A stretch of 57,924 bases of DNA, taken from assembly GCA_039630415.1 (NCBI GenBank), contig JBCNVB010000016.1, forward strand, positions 1 to 57,924, given 5' to 3'. Both the position numbers and the translations under genes were made by a program. The notes beneath the pieces were generated by a model that was given only the letters and a program-made list of their open reading frames with translations, did no database searches and was not told where the DNA came from. This document shows, piece by piece, positions 40,074 to 49,655 of this stretch. The first letter of the stretch is position 1. Every line of letters starts with the position of its first letter. The DNA comes from a bacterium. Lineage in GTDB: Bacteria > DRYD01.

Positions 40074-42059
40074 TCATCTAATGAATAGCAAACAAAGTAT
40101 TACTCCTATTACTATCCAGGTATAGTAGTTGAAAAATAGTCCGTTAAGTATTTTTCTTGCACTTTGAGAAATTGTTATGAATAGGTTTGAAATTAGTATA
40201 ATAAATTGGACTATGATTTTGTTGTCAGTATAGGAGAACGAGGTAGAAAATGGTTTCATAATTTTGGAGTATAGAAGTTCATACGCGTCATCTATGTAAT
40301 ATCTACTATATAGCAACTTATGTACGCCTGCTATTAATTGTGGTATTGATCTATTTTTATTTATCACGTATATGAAGTAACCTAGCATAAATCCCAAAAC
40401 TATCATAATTGTTGATACTATTGCCAGAAATAGATTAAACTTAGCGTATTTGAATGGAATATTTGTATAAACTTCTTCTAAATAATGTCCCATGTAGTGT
40501 TTGGGTAGTATAAGATCAAAAGGTAGATTTATTAACCCACCTACTACAGAAAGTATAGCTAGGATCCACAAAGGCAGTGTCATATTCCAAGAAACTTCTT
40601 TCAAATTACTGTTTATCGTATTGACAGTTTCGTAATCTAGATCATTGGTTTTTTCTATTTCCTGCTTGCTTTTGTCTGTATAGAAAGCCACCCATATTAT
40701 TCTACCCATGTAGAATGAAGTTAAGAGTACAGTTATTACTCCTATTGAAAAGAATATCGGAAAATCTTTGTATACAGACATTAGAATTTCGTCTTTGCTA
40801 AAGAATCCGCTTAATGGGAACAAACCTGCTAATGCTAAGGTTCCTATTGTAAATAGGATAAATGTTTGTTTTAAATTTTTCTTTAGATTATTCATTAACC
40901 ATATATCATTTGGGTCGATGTGATGATGATTGTTATGATTATGTAAATTATGGTGTACTCTTTCTATTGCTGTTATTACATTACCTGCGCTCATAAAAAG
41001 GAGGGCTTTAAAAAAGCCGTGGGTTATTAGATGGAATATAGCTGCTACTAGTCCTACTCCGGAACCTGCTAAGGCCATAAACATATATCCCAGCTGACTC
41101 ATCGTTGAGTATGCCAATATTCTTTTTATATCTCTACTAACTATTCCCATTGTAGCTGCTAGGAAAGCTGATAGAACACCTATCAAACCTACTAAAACCG
41201 TAAGTTTGATACCTGCTATTTCTGTATTATAAAACATAGGATATAGACGTGCTATAAAGTATACTCCTGCAGCTACCATGGTAGCTGCGTGTATTAACGC
41301 AGATACTGGTGTAGGACCTTCCATAGCATCTGGTAACCATACGTGCAAAGGAAATTGAGCAGATTTACCAAATGCAGATATCATTATACCAATTGGTACT
41401 AAAACTAATAATCCTTTTATTAGTTCAACATTAGAGAAATACTTATTGAGTTCTTGTATATCCAGAGATATGTTCTGGGATATCAATATGAAGAGGGCTA
41501 GTAGTAGTCCTAGATCACCTAACCTTGTAACAAAGAAAGCTTTTTTTGCAGCTTTAGCAGCGCTATCTTTATGATACCAGTAACCTATTAAAAGATATGA
41601 ACATAAACCCATTATCTCCCACCCTATTATAAATGTTACTAAAGATGAAGACAAAACCGTTATTAACATACCAGAAGTAAATAAACTCAAATATGCAAAG
41701 AAACGAGGATAATCTCTATCTTTTTCCATATAACCCGTGGAGTATATTTGTATCATGAGAACTACAACAGTTACCATAAGTAAAACAAATAAACTTAGAT
41801 TATCATATAAGAAGCCTATTGATATTGAAAAAGCCCATTGATAGAGCTTTATAACCAATGGATCTTTACCTACTTGATTGAAAAACATGATAAAGCTAAG
41901 TATCATTGACAAAAATATAGCAGAAATTGTTATACCTGAGTATACGTTCTTATTTATTTTCAAGGGATGATTAGGTTTTTCAAATATGAAAACAATTAGT
42001 GCTACTAAAAAGAAAGCTATTAGCGGTAGTAGGGGTATTAGTATACCTATTGTATCCAT
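40074..42059 (-). CDS. nuoL: NADH-quinone oxidoreductase subunit L
   Basis: GWEIMGLCSYLLIG, GKSAQFPLHVWLPDAMEGPTPVSALIHAATMV, AYSTMSQLGYM and THGFFKALLF; GGAGG SD. Confidence 0.95.
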   Translation of the reverse strand: MDTIGILIPLLPLIAFFLVALIVFIFEKPNHPLKINKNVYSGITISAIFLSMILSFIMFFNQVGKDPLVIKLYQWAFSISIGFLYDNLSLFVLLMVTVVVLMIQIYSTGYMEKDRDYPRFFAYLSLFTSGMLITVLSSSLVTFIIGWEIMGLCSYLLIGYWYHKDSAAKAAKKAFFVTRLGDLGLLLALFILISQNISLDIQELNKYFSNVELIKGLLVLVPIGIMISAFGKSAQFPLHVWLPDAMEGPTPVSALIHAATMVAAGVYFIARLYPMFYNTEIAGIKLTVLVGLIGVLSAFLAATMGIVSRDIKRILAYSTMSQLGYMFMALAGSGVGLVAAIFHLITHGFFKALLFMSAGNVITAIERVHHNLHNHNNHHHIDPNDIWLMNNLKKNLKQTFILFTIGTLALAGLFPLSGFFSKDEILMSVYKDFPIFFSIGVITVLLTSFYMGRIIWVAFYTDKSKQEIEKTNDLDYETVNTINSNLKEVSWNMTLPLWILAILSVVGGLINLPFDLILPKHYMGHYLEEVYTNIPFKYAKFNLFLAIVSTIMIVLGFMLGYFIYVINKNRSIPQLIAGVHKLLYSRYYIDDAYELLYSKIMKPFSTSFSYTDNKIIVQFIILISNLFITISQSARKILNGLFFNYYTWIVIGVILCLLFIR

Positions 42060-42285
42060 ATTTTTTCCTCCTAACCAATTGGGTCTATTCCTTTTTGAAA
42101 TTATATTTTCGCTGTTACAACCCTTTTAAATCTGAAAATCAAAATTTGATCATTTCAAACTTTGGGATATTTCAAACTATAGTTTACTCGATTTTTACAG
42201 TTTTTTTACAAAAATATAAAGGTAATGTTAAGATTTATAATGTAATAATCAAAAGGAACCAAGATAGAAAACGAGGTGGTAATTA

Positions 42286-42957
42286 ATGACAGGAATAAAT
42301 CCAAACATAAATCCTAACGATCTGGTCAAAAGGTTATCTCAACAGGGTGCAAAACAAGCTGCATCAACCTACGGCGCAATGTATCAAAAAACCACGGATC
42401 AGCAAAAAGTAGAAAAACAAAGTTATGATGTAAATCAGCAATACCAAATACTAGACAAACATAATCAAGCAAAAGAATTAGAAAAGAATGCTAAAGATGC
42501 TAGCCTTGTTTCGCAAAGTTTAACCAACAAAGAACTTGACGAAGATGCTGTAATGATAGATCAAGATTATCTACTAGAGGAAGGTATAAAAGGTCAGGGA
42601 TTATTAGCTAGGCATGATGCAGCTGTAGAAGATATGGACACTTATAGCGCAACTATATCCGGAACTACTACAGATTCTGCAACTGTTACCAAGGATAATA
42701 AAATATTCCACGAATTGGCTTCTAAGCTAGGAGTATCAGCTGAAAAAATAGAAACTGCAGCAAGACAAGAAGTACAAAACCAATTAGAAACCAACAAAGC
42801 AGAAATGACACAAATAAAATTCCCTCACGAAACTTCTCAAATGGAATTACAAATTTATCAAGATTCTAAACCAGCTTCTGCTGAAATAAAAGAAAATAGA
42901 CTTATAGTTCTTGACAATAACCCTCTTGATATCGACATAGCTGAAAAAGAATTCTAA
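42286..42957 (+). CDS. Hypothetical Gln/Thr/Asp-rich protein
   Basis: 223-aa ORF with a strong GAGGTG SD; no Cys or Trp; no family recognised. Confidence 0.75.
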   Translation: MTGINPNINPNDLVKRLSQQGAKQAASTYGAMYQKTTDQQKVEKQSYDVNQQYQILDKHNQAKELEKNAKDASLVSQSLTNKELDEDAVMIDQDYLLEEGIKGQGLLARHDAAVEDMDTYSATISGTTTDSATVTKDNKIFHELASKLGVSAEKIETAARQEVQNQLETNKAEMTQIKFPHETSQMELQIYQDSKPASAEIKENRLIVLDNNPLDIDIAEKEF

Positions 42958-43023
42958 TTATATCAAATAACTAAAGCCAGATTGTGAAGGTAAAAATTTA
43001 GAAATATAGAATTCTACTACTAA

Positions 43024-45438
43024 ATGGATTTTAGCAATTTTACGAAAAGCGTACAGGAAGCTATACATAGGGCTCAAAAATACTTAGAGCAGTACAGGCA
43101 TAATCAACTAGATGTAGAGCATCTGGTACTAGCCTTCATTGATGACCCAAACAATATAATACACCGTTTGCTACCTAAGTTCGGCATAAACATATCTACG
43201 TTCAAATCTCAAATAAAGTCCAACCTTGAATCATATCCAAAAGTACTGTACACCTCAAACCAAATATATATAACACCCAACCTTGTGGAAGTTTTTGAAT
43301 TATCTCAAAAACATAAAAACTTTCTTAAAGATGATTATATTGCTACTGAACACATCCTAATGGGAATAATAGAGCAATCAAAGAGTTTTACAGCCAAGAT
43401 ATTAAAGAATCACGGTGTTAATCTAGAGACATTTTTGGCTGCTTTGAAAGAGGTTAGAGGCTCTCATAGAGTTGATAGTTCCACTGCTGAGGAAAAGTAT
43501 CAAAGTTTAAAAAAATACGGAATAAATCTGAATGAACTGGCAAAAAAAGGTAAACTAGACCCAGTAGTGGGAAGAGAAAAGGAAATACAAAAATGTATTG
43601 AAGTATTGTCCAGAAGGACAAAAAATAATCCAGTTTTAATTGGTGATCCGGGTGTAGGAAAGACTGCCATAGTAGAGGGCATAGCCCAAAAAATAGTAAA
43701 CAACGAAGTACCAGAAAACATAAGGAATAAAAATATAATAAAGTTAGATTTAACTAGAGTTTTAGCTGGGTCAAAATATCGTGGAGAGTTTGAAGAAAGA
43801 ATGAAAGCAATTATCGATGAAGTAAAGCAATCGGAGGATGTTATTCTATTTATTGATGAAATACATACGGTTGTGGGTGCTGGAGCTGCGGAAGGTGCTA
43901 TCGATGCTTCCAATATTCTAAAACCTGATCTAGCAAGAGGAGAAATACAACTAATAGGAGCTACTACCATAGATGAGTATAGAAAACATATAGAAAAGGA
44001 TGCTGCTCTTGAAAGAAGATTTCAACCAATACTTGTAGAAGAACCTACGGTAGAACAAACAATACAAATTCTTAAAGGACTAAGACCAAATTATGAAAAC
44101 TATCACAAAGTAAAAATAACAGATGATGCTCTAGAAGCTGCTGCTAATTTATCTCATAGATATATCACAAATCGTTTCTTGCCAGATAAAGCAATCGATC
44201 TTATCGATCAAGCATGTGCTAAAATTAAAACTCTTCATCAACATATACCTAATGAACTTAAAAATCTAGAAAAACAAATAAATGAACTAAATGAAAAGAT
44301 AAATTATTACGTTTTCAATTCTATGTATGAAGAAGCAGCAAAAACACAGGTCGAACTAAAAAAACTTCAAAAACAATATGAACAGGAATATGAAAAATTT
44401 AGTAAGCTATACCCACAAAAGAGTGTGGTTGATAAGGAAGCAATTGCTTTGGTGGTTTCTGAACTTACGGGTATACCATTAACTTCATTAACTCAGGATG
44501 AAAAAGAAAAGTTAATGAAGATAGAGCAAATAATGCATAATAGGTTAATAGATCAGGAGGAGGCTATAAAAAGTGTTGCTGATGCTATAAGAAGAGCAAG
44601 AGCTGGTTTAAAGGATCCCAATAGACCCATAGCTGTATTCCTGTTTTTGGGGCCAACTGGTGTAGGTAAAACCGAAACTTCCAAGGCTTTAGCAGAGTTA
44701 CTTTTCGGTTCTGAAAATATGTTAATAAGATTCGATATGACAGAGTATATGGAAAAGCATGAGGTTTCGAAATTAATTGGCGCACCACCGGGATATGTTG
44801 GATATGAAGAAGCTGGGCTATTAACTGAAAGTGTTAGAAGAAAACCATTCTCTGTAATCTTACTTGATGAAATAGAAAAAGCTCATCCACAGGTATTTGA
44901 TATATTCCTCCAAGTATTTGATGAGGGAAGATTAACAGATAGTCATGGAAAAACTGCTTCCTTCACTAATACAATAATTATCATGACTTCTAACATAGCC
45001 AGTGAATTAATAAGAGAACTAAGCAATAATAATGTACCTTATGAACAAATAAAGCAAGAGGTAATAAAAACGCTTGAGAAGAGGTTAAGACCGGAGTTTA
45101 TAAACAGGATAGATGAAATCATAGTTTTTAGACCTCTACAAAAAGAACATATAAAGCAAATTCTACAGATTATGCTCAAAAATCTTAATAAAAAGCTAGA
45201 AGATAAAAAAATAAAGGTTGAATTAACTGATAAACTCAAGGACTATCTTGTAGAAAACGGATACTCATATGTTTACGGAGCAAGACCTTTAAAGAGATTC
45301 TTCTCTAAAACAGTAGAAAATGCAATAGCTAATTTTATATTAGAGGGGAAAATATTACCAGAAACCAGTGTAATGTTAGATATAGACCAAGATGATATTT
45401 ACATAAAGCAGGAATTTAAGGAGGCCGTATCAAAATGA
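43024..45438 (+). CDS. ClpB/ClpC-family AAA+ chaperone
   Basis: Clp N domain, two Walker A motifs ([16 protein letters not shown]), [11 protein letters not shown] and GARPL. The short middle domain is ClpC-like, but no IGF/VGF ClpP-binding loop is evident. Confidence 0.93.
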   Translation: MDFSNFTKSVQEAIHRAQKYLEQYRHNQLDVEHLVLAFIDDPNNIIHRLLPKFGINISTFKSQIKSNLESYPKVLYTSNQIYITPNLVEVFELSQKHKNFLKDDYIATEHILMGIIEQSKSFTAKILKNHGVNLETFLAALKEVRGSHRVDSSTAEEKYQSLKKYGINLNELAKKGKLDPVVGREKEIQKCIEVLSRRTKNNPVLIGDPGVGKTAIVEGIAQKIVNNEVPENIRNKNIIKLDLTRVLAGSKYRGEFEERMKAIIDEVKQSEDVILFIDEIHTVVGAGAAEGAIDASNILKPDLARGEIQLIGATTIDEYRKHIEKDAALERRFQPILVEEPTVEQTIQILKGLRPNYENYHKVKITDDALEAAANLSHRYITNRFLPDKAIDLIDQACAKIKTLHQHIPNELKNLEKQINELNEKINYYVFNSMYEEAAKTQVELKKLQKQYEQEYEKFSKLYPQKSVVDKEAIALVVSELTGIPLTSLTQDEKEKLMKIEQIMHNRLIDQEEAIKSVADAIRRARAGLKDPNRPIAVFLFLGPTGVGKTETSKALAELLFGSENMLIRFDMTEYMEKHEVSKLIGAPPGYVGYEEAGLLTESVRRKPFSVILLDEIEKAHPQVFDIFLQVFDEGRLTDSHGKTASFTNTIIIMTSNIASELIRELSNNNVPYEQIKQEVIKTLEKRLRPEFINRIDEIIVFRPLQKEHIKQILQIMLKNLNKKLEDKKIKVELTDKLKDYLVENGYSYVYGARPLKRFFSKTVENAIANFILEGKILPETSVMLDIDQDDIYIKQEFKEAVSK

Positions 45439-46583
45439 TAAAATACATTGACCAGTGTCCTCAAGACCTATATTCAAAAAGAGTGGTATTAAGAGTAGAC
45501 TATAACGTTCCTATAGAGGAAGGTAAAGTCAAAGACTCTACGAGGATATTAGAAAGCAAAAAAACCATAGATTACTTACTAAATCTTAAGTGTGATATAA
45601 TACTACTGACGCATTTGGGTAGACCTAAAACTGAGGAAGATAAGAAAAAATACACAACTAGACACGTCTGGAAATATCTCAATGAGAGTAAAGTTTTATC
45701 TGTTGAGGTTGACTTTATAGAAAATTTTGATCGTCGAATAAGTTACCAAGGTGGCAAGGTATACTTGTTTGAAAATGTTAGATTTTTTGATGGAGAGACA
45801 AAAAACAATTTAGAGCTAGCTAAAAAATTTGCTGAATACGGTGATTTTTTTGTAAATGATGCTTTTGGTTCTCTTCATAGGGTTCACTCTTCAGTTGCAG
45901 GAATAAGTGAATTTCTACCTACTTTTTTTGGATTTCTTGTAAAACATGAGTTAGAAAATTTATCGAGGTTTCTTAGACCGGAACAACCTTTTACATTAAT
46001 TTTGGGAGGAGCAAAAATATCCGACAAATTGGGACTAATTAAGAACATAAAAGCTCAAAATGTGATAGTTGGGGGAGCTACCTGTCTTACCATCTACAAA
46101 AATAAAGGTAAAAATATAGGTCAGTCATTCTTTGAAGAAATTGATACTAGTGAAATAGAACTAAGAATTACAATGCCTTCTGATTTTATCGTAGTTGATC
46201 AAAATTATCAGAATCCTGTAGCAAGAAATATAGACCATATAGGAGATGGTATAGTAGTAGATGCAATACCTAATGAATTAATTCTAGAGATGATAAGACA
46301 ATCCAGGACTATCTTCTGGAATGGGCCTATGGGTATATTTGAAAAAGGATTTACTCAAGGATCTCTAGAGATACTTCGCGCATTAAATCAAGCTAAAGGT
46401 TTTAGGGGTATAGGAGGAGGGGATACGGTCAGATTTTTCAAAGAAGTTACTAAGTCATATCCTGAACTTTCTGGCGCAATAGATTTTATTTCTACTGGAG
46501 GAGGGGCAACTCTCGAGTTTCTAGAAAACGGGACTCTTCAAGCTATAGAGTATATAAAGAATAAAGTTCAAACAAGGAGGTAA
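45435..46583 (+). CDS. pgk: Phosphoglycerate kinase
   Basis: [41 protein letters not shown] and STGGGA. Confidence 0.95.
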   Translation: MIKYIDQCPQDLYSKRVVLRVDYNVPIEEGKVKDSTRILESKKTIDYLLNLKCDIILLTHLGRPKTEEDKKKYTTRHVWKYLNESKVLSVEVDFIENFDRRISYQGGKVYLFENVRFFDGETKNNLELAKKFAEYGDFFVNDAFGSLHRVHSSVAGISEFLPTFFGFLVKHELENLSRFLRPEQPFTLILGGAKISDKLGLIKNIKAQNVIVGGATCLTIYKNKGKNIGQSFFEEIDTSEIELRITMPSDFIVVDQNYQNPVARNIDHIGDGIVVDAIPNELILEMIRQSRTIFWNGPMGIFEKGFTQGSLEILRALNQAKGFRGIGGGDTVRFFKEVTKSYPELSGAIDFISTGGGATLEFLENGTLQAIEYIKNKVQTRR

Positions 46584-46585
46584 TT

Positions 46586-46909
46586 ATGAGTATATTGCAT
46601 ATAAACCAAAACGATTTCTCAACAGAAGTTCTCAATAGCACGTTACCTGTTTTGGTGGATTTTTGGGCACCGTGGTGTATGCCTTGCAAAATGCTTGAAC
46701 CTATTGTAGAAGAAGTAGCTAAAGAATATCATGGGAAAATAAAATTTGCTAAAGTTAACGTAGATGAAAATATAGAAATAGCTCAAAAATACTATATATC
46801 GGGGATACCAACACTTATGATCTTTAAAGATGGAAAAGTGGTAAATACGCATGTTGGTTTCCTTTCCAAGAAAGAATTAGTAAAATTCATAGAAGATAGT
46901 ATCAAATAG
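46586..46909 (+). CDS. trxA: Thioredoxin
   Basis: VDFWAPWCMPCK and GIPTL. Confidence 0.92.
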   Translation: MSILHINQNDFSTEVLNSTLPVLVDFWAPWCMPCKMLEPIVEEVAKEYHGKIKFAKVNVDENIEIAQKYYISGIPTLMIFKDGKVVNTHVGFLSKKELVKFIEDSIK

Positions 46910-47726
46910 GTATTATATTGCTCAAACCAGGAAATTCTGATATTATTTCTTGTGGATCTAGTGAGTGATACATTAAATCCGCATTAAAGGAATTGACAAC
47001 TATAAAGAAACTCTCAGGTTTATTCAGGAAAAAGAAGTTATACTTTTTAACTAAGCCGGGGATTTGATCATAATCTATTATTACTTTACCGGGATTTTCT
47101 AACACATAGTAAGTGTTGGGATTAAGTGAATTAATGTTGGAAGAATTTAATGATTGTAATTCGTGATAGTTTTGTAAATCTTTGGGTAGGACAGGTATTT
47201 GTAGAAGATCTATGATTCCTTTAATAGTTTTTGTTATTTTGTTTTTATCTTGTGAAAAGGTGGGACCTATGATGAAATAGACGGTATCCGCTACTGATAA
47301 ACTTATTCTTCTATCTGCTGCGCCATCTAATACTATCTGATTTATATTGTCTAGCTTCTGAGTTTGTTCAATAAGAATTTTAATTTGCTTAATGGAAGAT
47401 GGACCAGCTATTTGAACTATATCTTCTTCTATCATTCTATAAACACATAGATTGCCTAGGAAATAGTTTTGTATTGGTAAATCTATGATTTTTTCAGAGT
47501 TAGTCGGTTTTAGGTTTGAGTATGTACAAACCAGGGTATTCTTTTTTACTTTTATTGATGGTTTTTTAATTCCAAATAGATGATCAAAAGCTTCTCCATC
47601 CCATCCTATGCTTGTTATTAAGTAACTTTCAAGACTTTTTATGTATTTATTTAGGAAAGTTGTTTTACCTACGTTTTTGCATAAACCTACAAAGCATATT
47701 ATTTGTTTTTTGTCTTTTATTTCCAT
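46902..47726 (-). CDS. KamB-like P-loop protein (lysine 5,6-aminomutase reactivase subunit family)
   Basis: GLCKNVGKTT.LN, TSIGWDGE..D...KP.I, Q.AGP and LDGA.DR match my recollection of the KamB family; kamD is in the same window. Confidence 0.6.
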   Translation of the reverse strand: MEIKDKKQIICFVGLCKNVGKTTFLNKYIKSLESYLITSIGWDGEAFDHLFGIKKPSIKVKKNTLVCTYSNLKPTNSEKIIDLPIQNYFLGNLCVYRMIEEDIVQIAGPSSIKQIKILIEQTQKLDNINQIVLDGAADRRISLSVADTVYFIIGPTFSQDKNKITKTIKGIIDLLQIPVLPKDLQNYHELQSLNSSNINSLNPNTYYVLENPGKVIIDYDQIPGLVKKYNFFFLNKPESFFIVVNSFNADLMYHSLDPQEIISEFPGLSNIIPI

Positions 47727-47747
47727 TATTAATCAACCTCTTTAGGT

Positions 47748-48350
47748 TTATTCTTCAAGAATTTTTTCAACATTTTCTGAATATTCTTCTGGTATAAGTT
47801 TTTGTATTTGGGTTATGTAAAATATTACAAGAGGTATGTTTTCCATTATTTCATCTAGTAGTTGTTGGTTTTGGGTATAGATATAATTATTTAGTTTTTG
47901 AAGTATTTCGTAGTATGTTTTAAAGGCTTCTCCAAAAATTATATCCAGAAAGGTTTTGAATACTATATCTTCGTCTTCCATTATTAGTATATTTGAGACT
48001 ATTTCTGCGTTCATTAGTAGTTTATTCATTTCGTTTTTATAGAACTCTTGTAGTTCTTTAGAGGTTATGAGGTTATTTTTGATATTTGATATTAGAGTTT
48101 CCCAGAATTTGTATGTATTTGTATTTTTGACTTCTTCAAATATTATTCTAAATTCTAGTGTTTTGAGTTCGAGTAATTTTTTATATATATCTTTTTCTTG
48201 GTTTTGTTCTAAGCAGGTATTTATCTGACTTGTGATTTGTTTAGCCTGGGTTATGAGTTTTTTGAGTTCTGGGTTTACTTGTTGGTTTTCTAGTTTTTCT
48301 ATGAGTGTTTGGATGTCCTGGAGGATCAAATAAAGTACGGTATCTTTCAT
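47748..48350 (-). CDS. Hypothetical alpha-helical protein
   Basis: ORF translationally coupled to the radical SAM gene (ATGA overlap at 48347-48350). Confidence 0.65.
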   Translation of the reverse strand: MKDTVLYLILQDIQTLIEKLENQQVNPELKKLITQAKQITSQINTCLEQNQEKDIYKKLLELKTLEFRIIFEEVKNTNTYKFWETLISNIKNNLITSKELQEFYKNEMNKLLMNAEIVSNILIMEDEDIVFKTFLDIIFGEAFKTYYEILQKLNNYIYTQNQQLLDEIMENIPLVIFYITQIQKLIPEEYSENVEKILEE

Positions 48351-49654
48351 TGTAATGTACATGTAGGATCTTTATATCCTATTTTTTGATATTTATCGAA
48401 AGATCTTAGTAAACATCCTCCTTTGCACTCATCAAGATAATAGCAGCCATTGCATTTGGTATCGGTTGGTAGATTATTTAGTTGATTGGTAGTATTTTCT
48501 TTCCATATTTGTCTTAGTGTTTTGTTGTGGATGTTACCAAGAGAGAATTGGTTTTGATATTTTATGAAGAATCCTGATGGTAGGACTTGGCCTGTGGGTG
48601 ATATGTAGATGGTTGTTTTGCCGCATGAGCATCCAAAAGATGAATATAGCCTATTCCTACCAAACTTAAATGGTATACTAAAAAAATCTATCTCTAGTTT
48701 AGTTCTTTGTTTCATGTTTTGTATTATTTTGCCTATTTTTTCTAGGTCTTGGTTAGAGAGCATTAATTCTGGATGATTTTGTGCTCTTCCTATGTTGTAG
48801 ATAGGGTAAAAGATTATTCCATCGGCATTGTACTGCTCTGAAAAACTCAAAAAGTTTGGTAAATAAGTGTAGTTTTGTTTATTTAAAATAAATGAGAATC
48901 TTGTAAAAATATTTTTTGTTTTTTTGTAATCGTTTAGGATTAGAAGGTTTTTTTTTAGTGTTTCGAAAACGTTCTTACCTCTTACATTAGAGTATTCTTT
49001 AGCTGTTACTGCTTCTATTGATATTTTTAATTCGCTTATTGTTATATCCTCTTGATGAAACATTTCTATGAATTTTTCTAGATCTGGGAAAGAGAGTGAA
49101 GTTGAGATTGATATATTCATTTTTTTCTGATCTGCTTTTTTTAGTATCTGTATGAAATCTTTTTTAAGGAAGGGTTCTCCTCCACCGAATGAGATGTAGT
49201 ATATTCCCATTTTTTCGAGTTCATCTATGATTTCAAGGATTTTTTCTGTTTTTAGTTCTTGGTTTAATTCTTCTTGAGTTTTTTTTCCGGAGTTTGAGAA
49301 GCAGTGTTTACATTTCAGGTGACATTCATAAGTTAGTGCGAAGTTAATTTTTAGTGGAGCTGATATAAACTCTTTTTGAATATAGTATTCTAAATCGGGG
49401 TTGTCTATGAATCTAACATTTGAGTTGTAGTTTTGGTCTATTATTTCTACTGATTGTATTAGTTGGAGGAAGCTTTTAAAATTAGGGTAGCTGAATTTAG
49501 AGGAAAAGTATTTGTAGTATAAAATTTGTGGATCAGTATTCGGTTTTAGGTTGAGGATTATGTTTGTACCGTCTTGATCTAGTGGTATATATTCTCTTCT
49601 TATGGTGTCGTATATTAAGCTTCCGAAATGTTCTATTCTACCGATAAATCTCAT
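48347..49654 (-). CDS. Radical SAM/SPASM domain protein with N-terminal RRE/PqqD-like domain
   Basis: CHLKCKHC (CxxxCxxC), GGGEP, LGNI, and CNGC..LDECKGGC...DPTC. Confidence 0.88.
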   Translation of the reverse strand: MRFIGRIEHFGSLIYDTIRREYIPLDQDGTNIILNLKPNTDPQILYYKYFSSKFSYPNFKSFLQLIQSVEIIDQNYNSNVRFIDNPDLEYYIQKEFISAPLKINFALTYECHLKCKHCFSNSGKKTQEELNQELKTEKILEIIDELEKMGIYYISFGGGEPFLKKDFIQILKKADQKKMNISISTSLSFPDLEKFIEMFHQEDITISELKISIEAVTAKEYSNVRGKNVFETLKKNLLILNDYKKTKNIFTRFSFILNKQNYTYLPNFLSFSEQYNADGIIFYPIYNIGRAQNHPELMLSNQDLEKIGKIIQNMKQRTKLEIDFFSIPFKFGRNRLYSSFGCSCGKTTIYISPTGQVLPSGFFIKYQNQFSLGNIHNKTLRQIWKENTTNQLNNLPTDTKCNGCYYLDECKGGCLLRSFDKYQKIGYKDPTCTLQ

Positions 49655-49655
49655 G

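Noticed and set aside
41999-42286. 95-aa ORF across the nuoL divergent spacer
   Set aside because: It has a non-ATG start inside nuoL on the opposite strand, no SD, and covers a likely promoter region.
9512-45438. Genome-wide reassignment of CUA from Leu to Pro
   Set aside because: CTA occurs at conserved Leu positions in LeuRS and the Clp ATPase, and the conserved Pro sites I inspected use CCN codons, including CCA.
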